A stretch of 64,000 bases of DNA from NCBI GenBank assembly GCA_964639665.1, contig CAZXEU010000045.1, forward strand, positions 2,367 through 66,366, written 5' to 3'. Both the position numbers and the translations under genes were made by a program. The stretch comes from an uncultured Rhodothermaceae bacterium. Lineage in GTDB: Bacteria; Bacteroidota; Rhodothermia; Rhodothermales; Bin80. Every line of letters starts with the position of its first letter. Within the stretch, counting starts at the first letter, position 1. The notes under the pieces are model-generated. The model made no database searches and was not told where the DNA came from. It saw nothing but the letters and a program-made list of their open reading frames with translations. Shown here piece after piece: positions 28,237 to 36,977 of the stretch.

Positions 28237-29130
28237 CTAGCCCGATCCGACCTCGATGCCCGCGAGGTGCTCCAGCGCCTTGACGAGGGCGTGATTGCCC
28301 TCGTCGCCGAGACCCCGCCGCTGCAGCGTGCGGTAAAGCTGGAAGCACAGGGCCGTGGCAGGCACCGGGACGCCGTGCGCGTCGGCCGTATCGAGCACCA
28401 GTCGCAAGTCCTTTTGCTGCAGATCAATGGTGAAGCCTGGCCTGAAATCTCGCACGATCGCCTGGGAGCCCCTGTTGGAGAGCATCCAGCTGCCGGCTGC
28501 CCCGCCTTCCACCGCGGCGAGGGTTGTGCCCAGATCAAGCCCGCCCGCTTCGGCGAACACCAGGGCTTCACCCACGGCCAGCATGGTGCCTACTACCAGG
28601 ATCTGGTTTACCAGCTTGACGGTCTGCCCGGCCCCCGCGCCGCCCACGTGCGTTACCGTGCGCCCCATGGCCTCCAGCACTGGCAAGGCCCTGGCGAACT
28701 GCGTGTCGTCGCCTCCTACCATAATACTGAGGGTGCCGTTGGCGGCTCCTTCGCTTCCTCCGCTGATGGGCGCATCAAGCATGTGGATTCCCCTTTCAGC
28801 GAGGCTGGCTGCAATCTCGCGTGTGCGCACGGGGCTGATCGTACTGGTATCAATCAGCAGCGAATCCGGAAGCGCGGCATTCAGCACGCCCCCTTCCCCC
28901 AGCACAACCTCCTCCACGTCCGGTGTGTCACTTACGCACACAACGATGATAGAGGAGCGAGACGCAAGGTCGGCTACGCTGTCAGCAGGCATCGCCCCTT
29001 CCTCCACGAGCGGCGCCATGCGCCTGCGTGTCCTGTTCCAGACGATTAGCTCGAACCCGGATCTGAGCAGGTTGCGGGCCATGCCGCCTCCCATAATTCC
29101 CAGTCCGACAAATCCGACCCTTTCCTTCAT
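28237..29130 (-). CDS. NAD(P)-dependent oxidoreductase, 3-hydroxyisobutyrate/2-hydroxy-3-oxopropionate (tartronate semialdehyde) reductase family
   Basis: MKERVGFVGLGIMGGGMARNLLRSGFELIVWNRT is a Rossmann start, and ...GAGQTVKLVNQ is a family motif. The start is ATG at 29130 or GTG at 29136, which directly abuts the upstream stop. Confidence 0.85.
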   Translation of the reverse strand: MKERVGFVGLGIMGGGMARNLLRSGFELIVWNRTRRRMAPLVEEGAMPADSVADLASRSSIIVVCVSDTPDVEEVVLGEGGVLNAALPDSLLIDTSTISPVRTREIAASLAERGIHMLDAPISGGSEGAANGTLSIMVGGDDTQFARALPVLEAMGRTVTHVGGAGAGQTVKLVNQILVVGTMLAVGEALVFAEAGGLDLGTTLAAVEGGAAGSWMLSNRGSQAIVRDFRPGFTIDLQQKDLRLVLDTADAHGVPVPATALCFQLYRTLQRRGLGDEGNHALVKALEHLAGIEVGSG

Positions 29131-29136
29131 GAGCAC

Positions 29137-30552
29137 TCAGTTCGCGGATCTGAATGTATTGTACAGGGGTATTCCCCGTTCGTCGAAGAACTCGAAGTAG
29201 ATGCGCGGCTCGGCACCCGGCACAACGCGCACCTGCAGGAATCCACCCGATGCTTCCTGCATGACATACGGTTGCCGGATAGTCGCATCCGGATCCGTGG
29301 AAAGCGGATCGCCCGGCATGCGTCCCACGCGGGAATTGGCATCCACGAGCGCACCCGAGGAGAATTCCTCAAGGCCGCTCGGGTGTATGGAGTGGTACTG
29401 CCAGTGGCGATCTCCGCAGACTATGTAAAAGTTGCGCGCCAGGTCCTCCTCCGCCAGAAACGCGAAGAATTCGTCCCGCTCGTACTGGAATCCCTGAAGA
29501 TTGGCATGGTTGTCCCGCTTGTAGGCATCGTCCGGGCCGATCATGGGCGTCGGTGAAATCAACACGCGGAAGGTGGCGTCGCTCTCCCTTAGCGTCCGCA
29601 TGAGCCATTCGCGCTGCGTCTTGCCCCAAATGGTCTTGCCGGGCCCGTCCGGCATGGCATTGGGGCTGCGGTAGTCCCGTCCCTCGACGAGCCAGATCTG
29701 CAGGTCCCGGGAAATCCGGTACGTGCCGTAGGTTATCGAATCTTGCGAGACCGGCAGCTGCTCCAGGAACATTTCGCGCCCAAGCTGCGGCAGCGGCGAC
29801 CTGTCGCCGGTATTGTCGCAATCGTTGTACCGGTAGTCATGGTCATCCTTTTCCCAGTAGGTGGGTACGTTCCGGAACAGCTCGCGAAAGCGGGGTCGCA
29901 CGAACTGCTCGTGGTAGCAGCGCCGGATCCCGTCGCGGTCCGTCGCCATGCCAAGCGGCTGGTAGCTCGCGTCATAGTACACGTTATCTCCGGTGCCGAC
30001 GAAGTAGTCCGGCTCCATCCCGAGTATCGTCTCCAGTGCAGGGAAGCCGAGAGCGCTGTCCGCACCGTGGTACCGCAACGCCGGATCGCGGTAGAATCGG
30101 TCGTAATTCATGCCAGTTACCACGACCAGGCGCACCTCGCGGGACTCTTCCGCGCCGCCGAGTGTCCGGAATCGGCCCCACTGGCCGGCTGTTGCATCCA
30201 GGGAATCGGCTCCGTACCACAGGCGATATCTGTACCGTGTGCCCGGCTCGAGGCCGGCCACCACGGTCTTCACGATGTAATCGTGCTCTGGTTTAGCCTG
30301 GTGCCACGAAGTAGAAAAGCCCGCGTTCGCGCCGGGGGCCAGGACCACTTCCCACCGCGCCCAACCCTCGCAGCCGTAGAGGTCATGTCCGCGCAGCCGG
30401 TCTCCGTCTGTCAGGCGGGCCTGCAGTATGACACCGGTTTCGGTCACGCGCCCGGCCATGATGCCCTGACCGAGACTGACATCGTGACAATCCTGGGCGG
30501 CGGCACCTGCTGAAGCGGCGAGGCAGAGCGCTGTGAGGCCGAGCGTCTTCAT
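29137..30552 (-). CDS. PhoD-like alkaline phosphatase/phosphodiesterase, secreted
   Basis: ORF trimmed to ATG at 30552 (MKTLGLTALCLAASAGAAAQD), forming an ATGA overlap with the upstream stop. Metallophosphatase-like content typical of PhoD: YFVGTGDNVYYD, WEKDDHDY, CGDRHWQY. Confidence 0.8.
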   Translation of the reverse strand: MKTLGLTALCLAASAGAAAQDCHDVSLGQGIMAGRVTETGVILQARLTDGDRLRGHDLYGCEGWARWEVVLAPGANAGFSTSWHQAKPEHDYIVKTVVAGLEPGTRYRYRLWYGADSLDATAGQWGRFRTLGGAEESREVRLVVVTGMNYDRFYRDPALRYHGADSALGFPALETILGMEPDYFVGTGDNVYYDASYQPLGMATDRDGIRRCYHEQFVRPRFRELFRNVPTYWEKDDHDYRYNDCDNTGDRSPLPQLGREMFLEQLPVSQDSITYGTYRISRDLQIWLVEGRDYRSPNAMPDGPGKTIWGKTQREWLMRTLRESDATFRVLISPTPMIGPDDAYKRDNHANLQGFQYERDEFFAFLAEEDLARNFYIVCGDRHWQYHSIHPSGLEEFSSGALVDANSRVGRMPGDPLSTDPDATIRQPYVMQEASGGFLQVRVVPGAEPRIYFEFFDERGIPLYNTFRSAN

Positions 30553-31430
30553 CCCGTCACGCGGCTTACCTGGTCCTGCAGGGCCCGGTAGGCCCCCGCC
30601 AGCTCCGCAGTCTTGTTTCGCCAGCGGCATTCAACGGATATGCGTCCGGAATAGCCCACGGACTTGAGCGCTTCAAAATAGGGCGTGAAGTCGTCCCCGT
30701 GCGTTCCGGGCGCTGCGCGGTCCGTATTCTCCGCAACGTGGAGATGCTTTGTATAACGGCCGGCTATCAGCACGTCCTCCGCGTTTCTGCCTTCCTGCAT
30801 CACGTGGTAGATGTCGAAGGTAAGGCCCACGGCCGGATGCGCCACACGATCCAGCACGGCCACCGCCTCTGGCACCGTATTCAGGAAATTGGTTTCCTGA
30901 CTCCGAAGCGGTTCCACACACACGGTAATGCCCCACTCCTGGGCCACGGGCGCCATTTCGGTCAGCACGCCCGTGAATTGGCGCGCAGCCTCGTCATGCG
31001 GAAATCCCTCGGGTACGTACCGCGCCCCACCGCTGCCGAACACAATATGCTCTATCCCGATACTGCGTGCGCGTCTGAAGGCCACGGCTGCGTATGCCAT
31101 GACCGCCTCCATGTCAAGGTCAGGGCCCACAACCTTGAGAGAGCCCGGCAGGAACAGGTTGGCCACCGGCACGGGCACAGGAAGCGATGCCATCACGTCT
31201 GCACGGGCGGCAAACGCCTCCTCCGGCGCGCCAGGTACGAGCAGATTCTGCACCGAGGGCTCGATGTACCGGTAGCCGGCGGATGCAAAGTCCGCGTACT
31301 CCGCCACGGGTCCGCACACGCCGATGCTGAGAAACTCCGCCTGCCCGGAGTTGCACGCGCCTGCAAAGGCTGCAGCCACGGCTGACGCCGACTGCATGAG
31401 AAAGCTGCGCCTGGAAACGGAAGCACTCAT
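30549..31430 (-). CDS. Sugar phosphate isomerase/epimerase (xylose-isomerase-like TIM barrel) with Tat signal
   Basis: ORF trimmed to ATG at 31430 (MSASVSRRSFLMQSASAVAAAFAGAC), 4 nt after the upstream stop. TIM-barrel content: GYRYIEPS..., VCVEPL, HLHVAEN. Confidence 0.85.
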   Translation of the reverse strand: MSASVSRRSFLMQSASAVAAAFAGACNSGQAEFLSIGVCGPVAEYADFASAGYRYIEPSVQNLLVPGAPEEAFAARADVMASLPVPVPVANLFLPGSLKVVGPDLDMEAVMAYAAVAFRRARSIGIEHIVFGSGGARYVPEGFPHDEAARQFTGVLTEMAPVAQEWGITVCVEPLRSQETNFLNTVPEAVAVLDRVAHPAVGLTFDIYHVMQEGRNAEDVLIAGRYTKHLHVAENTDRAAPGTHGDDFTPYFEALKSVGYSGRISVECRWRNKTAELAGAYRALQDQVSRVTG

Positions 31431-31434
31431 GGGA

Positions 31435-32709
31435 TTAAGCGGCTTCTGGCCGCAGTTTGTACAATTGCTCGCCTGCGCGCTCCGCAAGCAGCAATCCTTC
31501 GGATTCCCTGCTTCGCCACGCATCGATGTCAATTTGCGCCGGATCAATATAGCCAAGACCCATGCTCTCGCAGCGCTGCCGCGAGATCTGGCTCGCCAGC
31601 GTCACGCTGATCCTCGGCCTTTCCTGTCCATGCGAGTAGGTAGCCTCGCCGCGAACGTGCGCGGAATGTGCCAGAACCGCCCAGGGATATCGGCAATAGC
31701 GGTCCCAGTGATGCAGGAAATACGCGCTTCCATGAAACCCGATTTCTTCCAGCGTCGCTCCGTGCGTAATGGAAAACTCGCTGATGTGGGGAGCATAGAG
31801 AATGATCTCTCCGCCGTCCATGATTGCCGGCTCCAGCTTGTAGACCCCTTTTGCGCCCGTCCAGAGGTCGTCGTACATCTCGGGTACGACGGCCAGCGCC
31901 TGCCGAAACGGCTTTTCTATCCACCTGATATGCAGCTGGCCCGAAAGCCTGGCTGCGGAGAGCCATGCGGCGTCGGGCGACCCAACATACAATCCGGCAA
32001 GGCCGTTGCCGCCGACAACCATGCTGGCACAGCTCTTGGGAGTGGGGATGAGGCTGGCTGCCCGGTCTATGACGGCCCGGACCGGCGTGTGAAGCGTGCC
32101 GATGACAGACCGGCATCCGAGAAGGGCACCCAGCCAGTGAGTAACATCGATGATTTCTCCTCCGCTGATGCCCGGAAAGAAATACTTGTTGCCGCCGGAG
32201 AAACCCGCCACTTCGTGCGGAAACACCGGACCGCAGATCAGTATATGGTCGCAATCGAGTGCTGCGCGGTTGATCGTCACCACAAGCTCCCGGCGAAGCT
32301 TGCCGCTGGTTAGCGACGAAATCTCACTCGCAGACAGCGTGCCCAGCGTTGCAAGTTGCCCTGGCTCATTCCAGCGATGATTAAAGATGCCCACGTTGGC
32401 GTAACGACGCGATCGTTCTGCTTTCGAGATGCCGACGAGGCGGAGAATGGCCTGCTCGCCAAGCGGGGGGTGCGTGCCCAGAGCCACAATGAAGTCCAGC
32501 TGCGCTGCTACGTGCAGGAGCATGTCGCAGAGCAGCCGGAAGAACAGGGGAACCGGTGCCGTTCTCGTCGCGTCCGGAATGATGACCAGAATGCGGCGCC
32601 CGGCCAGCGAGGTCCCTGCAAGACCTTCGGCAAGCACGCTGCGCACCTCGGTCTCGGTCAGAGGCCGGTCCGGATGCGCCATTCCGATCGCACCATCACG
32701 CCTTTCCAT
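31435..32709 (-). CDS. LarA-like (lactate racemase N-terminal domain, DUF2088) protein
   Basis: RILVIIPDATRTAPVP...DFIVALGTHPPL...ILICGPVFPHEVAGFSGGNKYFFPG resembles nickel-pincer-dependent racemase/epimerase family members. The start is ambiguous: ATG at 32709 is chosen, with 32682 and 32763 as alternatives. Confidence 0.75.
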   Translation of the reverse strand: MERRDGAIGMAHPDRPLTETEVRSVLAEGLAGTSLAGRRILVIIPDATRTAPVPLFFRLLCDMLLHVAAQLDFIVALGTHPPLGEQAILRLVGISKAERSRRYANVGIFNHRWNEPGQLATLGTLSASEISSLTSGKLRRELVVTINRAALDCDHILICGPVFPHEVAGFSGGNKYFFPGISGGEIIDVTHWLGALLGCRSVIGTLHTPVRAVIDRAASLIPTPKSCASMVVGGNGLAGLYVGSPDAAWLSAARLSGQLHIRWIEKPFRQALAVVPEMYDDLWTGAKGVYKLEPAIMDGGEIILYAPHISEFSITHGATLEEIGFHGSAYFLHHWDRYCRYPWAVLAHSAHVRGEATYSHGQERPRISVTLASQISRQRCESMGLGYIDPAQIDIDAWRSRESEGLLLAERAGEQLYKLRPEAA

Positions 32710-32729
32710 CCATTGCGATTGCTGTACCC

Positions 32730-34271
32730 ATGATGCTCCGCTGTCTTGCAACCGTTGCCGCACTTGTAACCGTCAGCTGCCAGGACCCGGCTCCCCCCAA
32801 TATCGTCATCATACTGGCAGATGACATGGGCTACTCCGACATCGGTGCATACGGCGGCGAAATAAGCACGCCGAACCTGGACCGCCTCGCGGAAGACGGG
32901 TTGCGGTTTCGCCAGTTCTACAACGCCGGGCGGTGTTGTCCTACGCGGGCAGCGCTCCTGACGGGTCGTTATCCGCACCAGGTAGGCATGGGCACCATGG
33001 TCAGTTCCCTGGGCAGCGACCCGACTGCCGGTCCGTACCAGGGGTACCTGAGCGATCAGAGCCTGACTATCGCGGAAGCGCTTCGGCCGGCCGGCTACCG
33101 GACCTACATGTCCGGAAAGTGGCACGTAGGCGAGAAACCCGAGCACTGGCCGCGGAGGCGTGGATTCGACCGCTACTTTGGCCTCATCAGCGGTGCGAGC
33201 AGCTATTACGAGATCATCCGCGACCAGCCGAGGGTACGACAGATGGCTCTTGACGATGACCACTGGGAACCCCCTGCAGAAGGCTTCTACATGACGGACG
33301 CACTTACGGACTATGCGGTCCAGTTTCTCGATGCGCACGCGCAGGAGCAGCCTTCGCAGCCGTTCTTCCTGTATGTCGCCTACACGGCGCCGCACTGGCC
33401 GCTGCATGCGCCTTCGGAGGACATTGAGCGCTACCTCGGCAGATACGATATCGGCTGGGACTCGCTGCGCGCGGAGCGTCACCGGAGAATGCTGGATCTG
33501 GGCATCATCGACGAGCGCTACGGACTGTCCCCGCGGCCCGCCGGCCTTGATGCGTGGGCGACCACTTCGAATAAGGAAGACTGGTCCCTGCGCATGGCCG
33601 TGTACGCGGCCATGGTGGACCGAATGGACCAGGGCATCGGCCGAATCCTGGAACAGCTGGCAGCGATGGATGCACTGGACAATACGCTATTGTTCTTTCT
33701 GTCTGATAACGGCGGCTGCGCCGAAAGCGTGGAAGGACGGGCGTTGCACGACACAACTAAGGCACCCGGAGAGCGGGGGTCGTACGTCGCCTACCAGGAA
33801 GCATGGGCCAATGCTTCCAATACGCCCTTCCGCCTATACAAGCAATGGACGCACGAGGGCGGCATCGCGACGCCCTTTATTGTCCACTGGCCGCGGGGCA
33901 TTGCCCGCCCTGGCCGAATCGTTGACAGTCCGGGGCACGTCATTGACCTCATGAGCACGGTGCAGGAGGCCACCGGCATTGACGCGGCGCCGACCGAGGG
34001 CAGGAGCTTGCGGCAGATCTTTGCGGCGCAGGAGGCTTCTGCAGGCACGAGGCTGCTGTTCTGGGAGCATTTCGGCAGCCGCGCCGTGCGCGAGGGCAAC
34101 CTGAAGCTGGTCATGGATCGCCGCACCGGGGACTGGGAGCTCTATGACCTTGAGGATGATCCGACCGAACTGCGCGACTTGACGCCGCTGCTGCCGGGCG
34201 AAGCCGAACGCCTGGAGGGATTGTGGCAGGAGTGGGCCCGCGAGGTTGGGGTATTCGACCGCGACGATTAG
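32730..34271 (+). CDS. Arylsulfatase (Cys-type), lipoprotein
   Basis: MMLRCLATVAALVTVSCQDP lipoprotein signal. Signature: NIVIILADDMGYSDIGAYGG...GRCCPTRAALLTGRY. Confidence 0.9.
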   Translation: MMLRCLATVAALVTVSCQDPAPPNIVIILADDMGYSDIGAYGGEISTPNLDRLAEDGLRFRQFYNAGRCCPTRAALLTGRYPHQVGMGTMVSSLGSDPTAGPYQGYLSDQSLTIAEALRPAGYRTYMSGKWHVGEKPEHWPRRRGFDRYFGLISGASSYYEIIRDQPRVRQMALDDDHWEPPAEGFYMTDALTDYAVQFLDAHAQEQPSQPFFLYVAYTAPHWPLHAPSEDIERYLGRYDIGWDSLRAERHRRMLDLGIIDERYGLSPRPAGLDAWATTSNKEDWSLRMAVYAAMVDRMDQGIGRILEQLAAMDALDNTLLFFLSDNGGCAESVEGRALHDTTKAPGERGSYVAYQEAWANASNTPFRLYKQWTHEGGIATPFIVHWPRGIARPGRIVDSPGHVIDLMSTVQEATGIDAAPTEGRSLRQIFAAQEASAGTRLLFWEHFGSRAVREGNLKLVMDRRTGDWELYDLEDDPTELRDLTPLLPGEAERLEGLWQEWAREVGVFDRDD

Positions 34272-34653
34272 GCGAGGCGGGCAGTTGCAGAGTCCTGCGT
34301 ATTGCTCAGGCGCGCCCTGACGCCGCCTGCAGCTTGCTCAACGTGCGCAGCAGCAGACAAAGCTTGGCCCAGGGGATACTGCCGGCGCGCCCCCTTTGCC
34401 CGTTGGGCGAGAGCAGCGCGCCAGTCCAGCACACGCGAGCTCGATCTTGGCAGTCCTGCAGTACCCGCTGCATCGAACAGGGGGCAAGGCCGAACGATTG
34501 CGGCCCAAGGGGCTCTCCCGGCCGTCGCAAGACGCGCCTGTATACGGAAATGTCCGTGAATTGACCTGCACGCCGGGCCCCCGGTTTGGGCAGCTACGGA
34601 TTCGTACCATACCTTGGACGCCTCTACTGTGCAGTATAGAAACGACGTGGACA

Positions 34654-36825
34654 ATGCATCGAGTATTCATTGTAACCTTGCTGTTCGCCAGCAGCATCGC
34701 ATTGCCCGCGGCCTCCCAGCCCATCTGGACGACTCCCGCACCGCTTGGCAATCCAGGAACCGTGCGGAGCGTAGCATACACGGCAGACGGAAGTCTTGTG
34801 ATTTCCGGAGGAGTAGGGGGCCAAGTGAAGCTGTGGGATGCCGTCACGGGAGCATACGTGGCTACGCTGGAGACCCAAAAGCCTGAGATCAATGCGCTGG
34901 CGGTATCACCTGACAGCACCCGGCTTGCGATGGGAGCGGTTGACGGCACGATCCTGCTCTGGGACCTCGTGACGCGCGAAATTGCCGTCAGCGTAGATGC
35001 CCACGCCTTGCGCGTAACCTCGCTGGCCTACTCGCCGGACGGCACCACGCTGGCGTCCGTATCCGAAGAGCCCGAGATCAAGCTCTGGGATGCGGCATCG
35101 CTGGAGGACAAAGGTTCGCTCGATGGCCATCTCGTCGCCATTACTTCTGTTGCGTTTTCGCCCGACGGCGCCATGCTTGCCACAGGATCACTGGACCAGA
35201 CCGTTAAACTCTGGGATGTCGAAAGCCGGCGGAACAGAGCCACGCTACCGGGCCATACGCAATGGGTAACTTCCGTAGCCTTTTCCCCCAATGCACCGCT
35301 GTTGGCATCCGGGTCGCTCGACGAGACGGTAAGACTCTGGAATACTGCCACGCTGCAGGAAGTTGAAGTGCTGGAAGGGCATTCCAACTGGGTCTCCGTG
35401 GTCCGTTTCTCGCCGGACGGGTCAAGGCTCGCCTCCGGTTCCTTCGACGAGACCATCAAGATCTGGGATACGTCTACGAATCTTATCGAAACATCCCTGT
35501 CCCGGCACAAGGACTGGATAACCTCCCTGGCGTTTTCTCCGGATGGCAGGGAATTGGCTTCCGGATCGGAAGACCAGACCGTCGCATACTGGGACCTGAA
35601 CTCCGGAGAGCGCCTTGCAAGGATCGGCGGCATTGTGGTCAATGCCGTGGCGATTTCACCCGACGGGGCCGAGATAGCGTCGTCGCTCTCCGATGGCACG
35701 GTGCAGCTTTGGGATGCGGCGACAGGCTTTGAGCTGCGCGAATTCACCGGACACAGGGAAGGCGTGACATCCGTCATCTTTTCCCCCTCGGGCGATACGC
35801 TCTATACTGCGGGCGGCGATGCGACGGTTAGGCGGTGGGATGTGGAGACCGGAGCCGGCCTGGATACCCTGGTAGCCCACGAAGAGTACATCTCGTCCAT
35901 GGTCATGTCGGAGGACGGAACTACGCTGGCCACCCTTTCCTACGACAACTTCGTCAAGGTCTGGAGCGCAGAGACGCTGACGCAGGCCGCCAGATTCGTT
36001 GGTTCAGGATTTCGTTCTTGGCAGACATCCATTGCTCTTTCCGGCGACGGATCTCGACTGGCGATAGGCACGGGCGGCTTTGCGTCTGAAATCACTATCG
36101 CAGAGACGGCTACAAGTGAGGAAGTAGCCCGATTGTCGGGCCATGGATCCTATTCTCTCGTAAGCGTACTCAGCTTTTCCCCCGATGAGGCGCAGTTGGC
36201 CTCGGGAAGCCTCGGATTCGGGTTTGAGGGTGGAGTAAGACTTTGGGATCTTGCATCCGGGGCCAGAACCGGAGAATTCTCCGGGCACGATAACGGAACC
36301 CGGTCCCTTGCGTATTCACCGGACGGTAGCATTATCGTGTCGGGCGGCGCCGAAGACGGCGGCTCGCTAAAGGTCTGGAACACCGGGGACGACACCGCCA
36401 TAGCGACGCTCAGCGGACATGCAGGGGCCACCAATTCCGTCGCATACTCCAGGGACGGTACACGCGTGGCCACAGGCGGCGATGATGGTACGATTAAGCT
36501 CTGGGATGCCACCAACTGGGTTGTGCCGCCGCTTAGCATACTGCCAAACAGCGTGTTGCCGGGCGAGGGAATGAGCCTCGTCCACTATCCCAATCCCTTT
36601 GGCCGGGAGACGACGGTTGAGTACGTGCTGGCACAATCTGGCCACGTCCACCTGGCCGTCTACAATATGCTCGGCCGGCGCGTAGCCGTCCTTGTAGATG
36701 CCGACCAGCCCAACGGTGCACATTCGGTCCGCTTTGATTCCGGCCACCTGCCGAGCGGCATCTACCTTTATCGCCTCATATCCGGAACCCGGCAGCAGAC
36801 GGGCGCCATGACACTCAGGAGATAG
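34654..36825 (+). CDS. Secreted WD40-repeat protein (about 14 blades) with a T9SS type-A C-terminal sorting domain
   Basis: ORF trimmed to ATG at 34654 (MHRVFIVTLLFASSIALPAASQ). Fourteen repeats of the type V.S.AFSPDG..LASGS.D.T.KLWD. The C-terminus YPNPFGRETTVEYVLAQSGHVHLAVYNMLGRRVAVLVDADQPNGAHSVRFDSGHLPSGIYLYRLISG matches the Por/T9SS CTD pattern. Confidence 0.85.
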   Translation: MHRVFIVTLLFASSIALPAASQPIWTTPAPLGNPGTVRSVAYTADGSLVISGGVGGQVKLWDAVTGAYVATLETQKPEINALAVSPDSTRLAMGAVDGTILLWDLVTREIAVSVDAHALRVTSLAYSPDGTTLASVSEEPEIKLWDAASLEDKGSLDGHLVAITSVAFSPDGAMLATGSLDQTVKLWDVESRRNRATLPGHTQWVTSVAFSPNAPLLASGSLDETVRLWNTATLQEVEVLEGHSNWVSVVRFSPDGSRLASGSFDETIKIWDTSTNLIETSLSRHKDWITSLAFSPDGRELASGSEDQTVAYWDLNSGERLARIGGIVVNAVAISPDGAEIASSLSDGTVQLWDAATGFELREFTGHREGVTSVIFSPSGDTLYTAGGDATVRRWDVETGAGLDTLVAHEEYISSMVMSEDGTTLATLSYDNFVKVWSAETLTQAARFVGSGFRSWQTSIALSGDGSRLAIGTGGFASEITIAETATSEEVARLSGHGSYSLVSVLSFSPDEAQLASGSLGFGFEGGVRLWDLASGARTGEFSGHDNGTRSLAYSPDGSIIVSGGAEDGGSLKVWNTGDDTAIATLSGHAGATNSVAYSRDGTRVATGGDDGTIKLWDATNWVVPPLSILPNSVLPGEGMSLVHYPNPFGRETTVEYVLAQSGHVHLAVYNMLGRRVAVLVDADQPNGAHSVRFDSGHLPSGIYLYRLISGTRQQTGAMTLRR

Positions 36826-36977
36826 GGCAGCTCCACGCCCGGGGAGCGTCGAGCCCGGCATCCGCAGATTGCTGCGCCAGTCAGTGCGGCGGCCAAGCGC
36901 GCTTTCCGGCAGATCCCATAGAACCTGCTTTCCCTGCCCGGAGTAGGTGTTCGCTCCCTTAACTGTCGCATATTGCC

